From Candidatus Bipolaricaulia bacterium (GTDB taxonomy: Bacteria; Bipolaricaulota; Bipolaricaulia; JBHIAT01): 18,213 nt of DNA. The position numbers were made by a program, and so were the translations under genes. Where the stretch lies: positions 1 to 18,213 of the forward strand of contig JBHIAT010000064.1 in assembly GCA_046758705.1 (NCBI GenBank), written 5' to 3'. Positions 15,695 to 18,213 of this stretch are shown piece after piece. The notes beneath the pieces are model-generated. The model searched no databases, was not told where the DNA came from, and was given only the letters and a program-made list of their open reading frames with translations. Position 1 is the first letter of the stretch, and each line of letters opens with the position of its first letter.

Positions 15695-16876
15695 ATGAGT
15701 TTATTCGAAAAATGCCGGCAGTTTACCGAGGCCAGGCAGGCTCAGGCTGCTGGTTATTATCCTTATTTCATCCCAATCCAGGATGCGGACGCTACCGCGG
15801 TGGTGATCGACGGGAAGCAGAAAGTGATGATCGGTTCGAACAACTACCTCGGGCTGACCCACCATCCCAAGGTGATCGAGGCGGCGGAACAGGCGCTGAA
15901 AAAGTACGGCAGTGGCTGCACGGGAAGCCGCTACCTCAACGGGACTCTGGCTCTTCACGAGGAGCTCGAGGCCAAGCTGGCGGACTTTCTACATATGGAG
16001 GCAGCGTTGGTCTTCAGCACCGGTTTCCAAACCAACCTGGGCATTATCTCCGCGCTGGTGGGGGATGGCGATGCGGTGTTCATCGACAGGCTAGATCACG
16101 CGAGCATCGTCGATGGGTGTCGATTATCCTATGGTGAGACGATCCGGTTCCGGCATAACGATATCGACGATCTAGAGCGAGCGGTCGTGGAGGTCGGTCC
16201 AGAGAAGGGCAAGCTGATCGCCGTCGACGGGATCTACAGCATGGATGGGGACATCGCCGACATCCCCGGGATCCTGTCCATTGCCCAAGAATACGGGTGT
16301 CAGTTGATGATCGACGATGCCCATTCGATCGGCGTGCTTGGGGAGAACGGCCGGGGGACCGCCGAGCACTTCGGGGTGGAGGACCAGGTGGATCTGATCA
16401 TGATCACGTTCAGCAAATCGTTAGCCAGCATCGGGGGGATGGTCGCGGGCGACGAAGACGTCATCCATTACATCAAACATTATGCGCGTAGCATGATCTT
16501 CAGTGCCAGCGCGCCGCCGAGCTCGGTCGCCACCGTCATCGCCGCTCTGGAAGTTATTCAGGAGGAGCCAGAACGACAGGAGAACCTGTGGCGCAACACA
16601 AGAAAGATGAAGCGGGAGTTCAACCGGCTGGGCTTCGATACGGGGAAGAGTGAGACACCCGTCATCCCGATCATCGTGAGGGACGTGATGAAGACCGCCT
16701 TTCTGTGGCGACGGCTCTTCGACGAGGGGGTGTTCACCAACGTGGCGATCAGCCCGGCTGTCCCTGTGGGCAGTGAGCGGTTGCGGACGAGCTACATGGC
16801 CACCCATACGGACGAACAGCTCGATTTCGTCCTGGATAGGTTCGAGAAGATCGGGAAGGAGTTGAGGATCATCTAG
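15695..16876 (+). CDS. spt: Alpha-oxoamine synthase, probable serine palmitoyltransferase
   Basis: YYPYF, GSNNYLGLT, GCTGSRYLNGT, DHASIVDG, DDAHSIG, TFSKSLASIGG (PLP Lys) and RLRTSYMATH resemble bacterial SPT, and the neighbours are bCerS-like and ACP. Start uncertain (15635, 15647 or 15695). Confidence 0.8.
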   Translation: MSLFEKCRQFTEARQAQAAGYYPYFIPIQDADATAVVIDGKQKVMIGSNNYLGLTHHPKVIEAAEQALKKYGSGCTGSRYLNGTLALHEELEAKLADFLHMEAALVFSTGFQTNLGIISALVGDGDAVFIDRLDHASIVDGCRLSYGETIRFRHNDIDDLERAVVEVGPEKGKLIAVDGIYSMDGDIADIPGILSIAQEYGCQLMIDDAHSIGVLGENGRGTAEHFGVEDQVDLIMITFSKSLASIGGMVAGDEDVIHYIKHYARSMIFSASAPPSSVATVIAALEVIQEEPERQENLWRNTRKMKREFNRLGFDTGKSETPVIPIIVRDVMKTAFLWRRLFDEGVFTNVAISPAVPVGSERLRTSYMATHTDEQLDFVLDRFEKIGKELRII

Positions 16877-16902
16877 CGATCTGGTGATCGAGTAGAGCCA
16901 TC

Positions 16903-18027
16903 ATGGCGATCGAAGTGGTTCCGGTCCGTTCGAAGCGAGACTTGCGTCGGTTCATCAAGTTCCCCTGGACCGTTTATCGGAATGATCCGAATTGGGTCCC
17001 TCCACTCATCAGTGAGATGAAGAAGTTTCTTGATCCTAACAAGAACCCGTTCTTTGAACACGCTGATGTGGAGCTGTTTCTGGCTGAAGAGGATGACCGG
17101 GTGCTCGGGAGAATCGCGGCGATTGTGAACCATAACCATATCGAATTACATGATGAGCAGGCAGGGTTCTTCGGATTCTTCGAGGTGCTGGACCGGTATG
17201 AGGTCGCTGAACGGCTGCTGGCGACTGCTTGTGACTGGTTGCGGAACCGGGGGATGGAGATCGCCCGGGGACCGGCGAACTTCTCCTCTAACGATGAGTG
17301 GGCGTTGTTGATCGAAGGGTTCGATGAGCCTCCGGTGGTCATGATGCCCTACAACCCGAAGTACTACATCGACTTTTTGGAAAGATTCGGCTTCAAAAAG
17401 GCGAAAGACCTGTTCGCCTACGTGATCACCGAGGAGGATCTGCCTGAGAAGCTCGTCAACCTGATCAACTGGATCGAGGTGATCAAAAGGAGAAAGGGAA
17501 TCACGATCAGGAAGGGTAATATGAAGGCGTTCGATCAAGAGGTAGAAATCATCAAAGAGATCTATAACTCCGCCTGGGAGAAGAATTGGGGGTTCGTCCC
17601 GATGACCGATCGCGAAGTTCAGCATCTGGCGAGCAACCTGCGGCGGATTATCGATCCGGATTTCGCCTTCTTTGCTGAGATCGGAGGGGAGCCGGTCGGT
17701 TTTGCACTCTCCATTCCGGACATCAATCAAGCGCTCATACGCATCAACGGGAGATTGTTCCCGTTTGGGATATTCAAGCTGCTTTGGGCATCAAGAAAGA
17801 TCGATACCCTGAGGTTTATCCTCATCGGGACCAAAGCGTCGTATCGCAATATGGGGATCAACGCCCTGTTCTACTATGAGATGTTCCATGCCGGTCAGAA
17901 GAAGGGATATAAAAAGGCGGATTTCTCATGGGTTCTGGAAGATAACACGGTAGTGACAAGTATTCTGGAGAAAACGGGCTCAAAAATTAAAAAGAAGTAT
18001 AGAGTATATGACTTTCAGCTGCATTAA
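16903..18027 (+). CDS. GNAT-fold protein, YghO / bacterial ceramide synthase (bCerS)-like
   Basis: DLRRFIKFPW..Y..DPNWVPPL, GRIAA, GFFGFFE, MMPYNP.YY, YN.AW..NWGF.P and SWVLEDN motifs. Directly downstream of spt. Confidence 0.75.
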   Translation: MAIEVVPVRSKRDLRRFIKFPWTVYRNDPNWVPPLISEMKKFLDPNKNPFFEHADVELFLAEEDDRVLGRIAAIVNHNHIELHDEQAGFFGFFEVLDRYEVAERLLATACDWLRNRGMEIARGPANFSSNDEWALLIEGFDEPPVVMMPYNPKYYIDFLERFGFKKAKDLFAYVITEEDLPEKLVNLINWIEVIKRRKGITIRKGNMKAFDQEVEIIKEIYNSAWEKNWGFVPMTDREVQHLASNLRRIIDPDFAFFAEIGGEPVGFALSIPDINQALIRINGRLFPFGIFKLLWASRKIDTLRFILIGTKASYRNMGINALFYYEMFHAGQKKGYKKADFSWVLEDNTVVTSILEKTGSKIKKKYRVYDFQLH

Positions 18028-18064
18028 TAATCTTCATTAGATTGAGAAAAAGGAGGGGGGCAAG

Positions 18065-18213
18065 ATTCCCAAAAAATCATTAGATCGTGAGCAGGTGGCG
18101 GATCAGGTAAAGCAGGTTATCCAGGCGCAGCTCCGGATCGATGCGGTCTCAGAAAGTGCCTCGTTTGTGGATGATCTCGGAGCCGATTCTTTGGATGTCA
18201 TCGCGATGGTGAC
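18065..18213 (+). CDS. Acyl carrier protein (5' part, runs off window; not in ORF track)
   Basis: (I)PKKSLDREQVADQVKQVIQAQLRIDAVSESASFVDDLGADSLDVIAMV contains the phosphopantetheine motif DLGADSLD. Start is either ATT at 18065 or GTG at 18095. Confidence 0.9.
   Translation, partial: MPKKSLDREQVADQVKQVIQAQLRIDAVSESASFVDDLGADSLDVIAMV

Noticed and set aside
1-18213. CRISPR array, tRNA/rRNA, transposase or integrase
   Set aside because: No regularly spaced repeats, cloverleaf or recombinase motifs were seen by eye.

Overview
Bacterial DNA (about 60% GC, sigma70-type promoters, Shine-Dalgarno sites) with five modules. (1) 1-5364, minus strand: a sulfur-relay operon of a CysM-type PLP enzyme, a long SelD-related protein (PurM/SelD fold), two tandem-domain rhodaneses, two TusA/SirA carriers and a DsrE-family protein. 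It runs off the left edge and has a long leader containing a putative operator and a Cys-containing uORF. (2) 5424-7931, minus: an internally duplicated VOC/ring-cleavage dioxygenase, a flavin reductase-like protein and an SDR. (3) 7974-9449, minus: a stand-alone archaeal-type ATPase/wHTH/PD-(D/E)XK gene behind a perfect promoter covered by tandem palindromes. (4) 9489-15459, minus: an MMPL/RND transporter followed by a sugar-type ABC binding protein and two permeases, with no ATPase subunit. (5) 15564-end, plus and divergent: a serine palmitoyltransferase-like gene, a GNAT-fold bacterial ceramide synthase-like gene and an ACP with a possible AUU start, i.e. a probable sphingolipid locus. The best candidate for an uncharacterised system is the SelD-like/CysM/rhodanese/TusA/DsrE operon (possible thiophosphate-based sulfur activation). 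All assignments come from motif recognition by eye; no searches were run.
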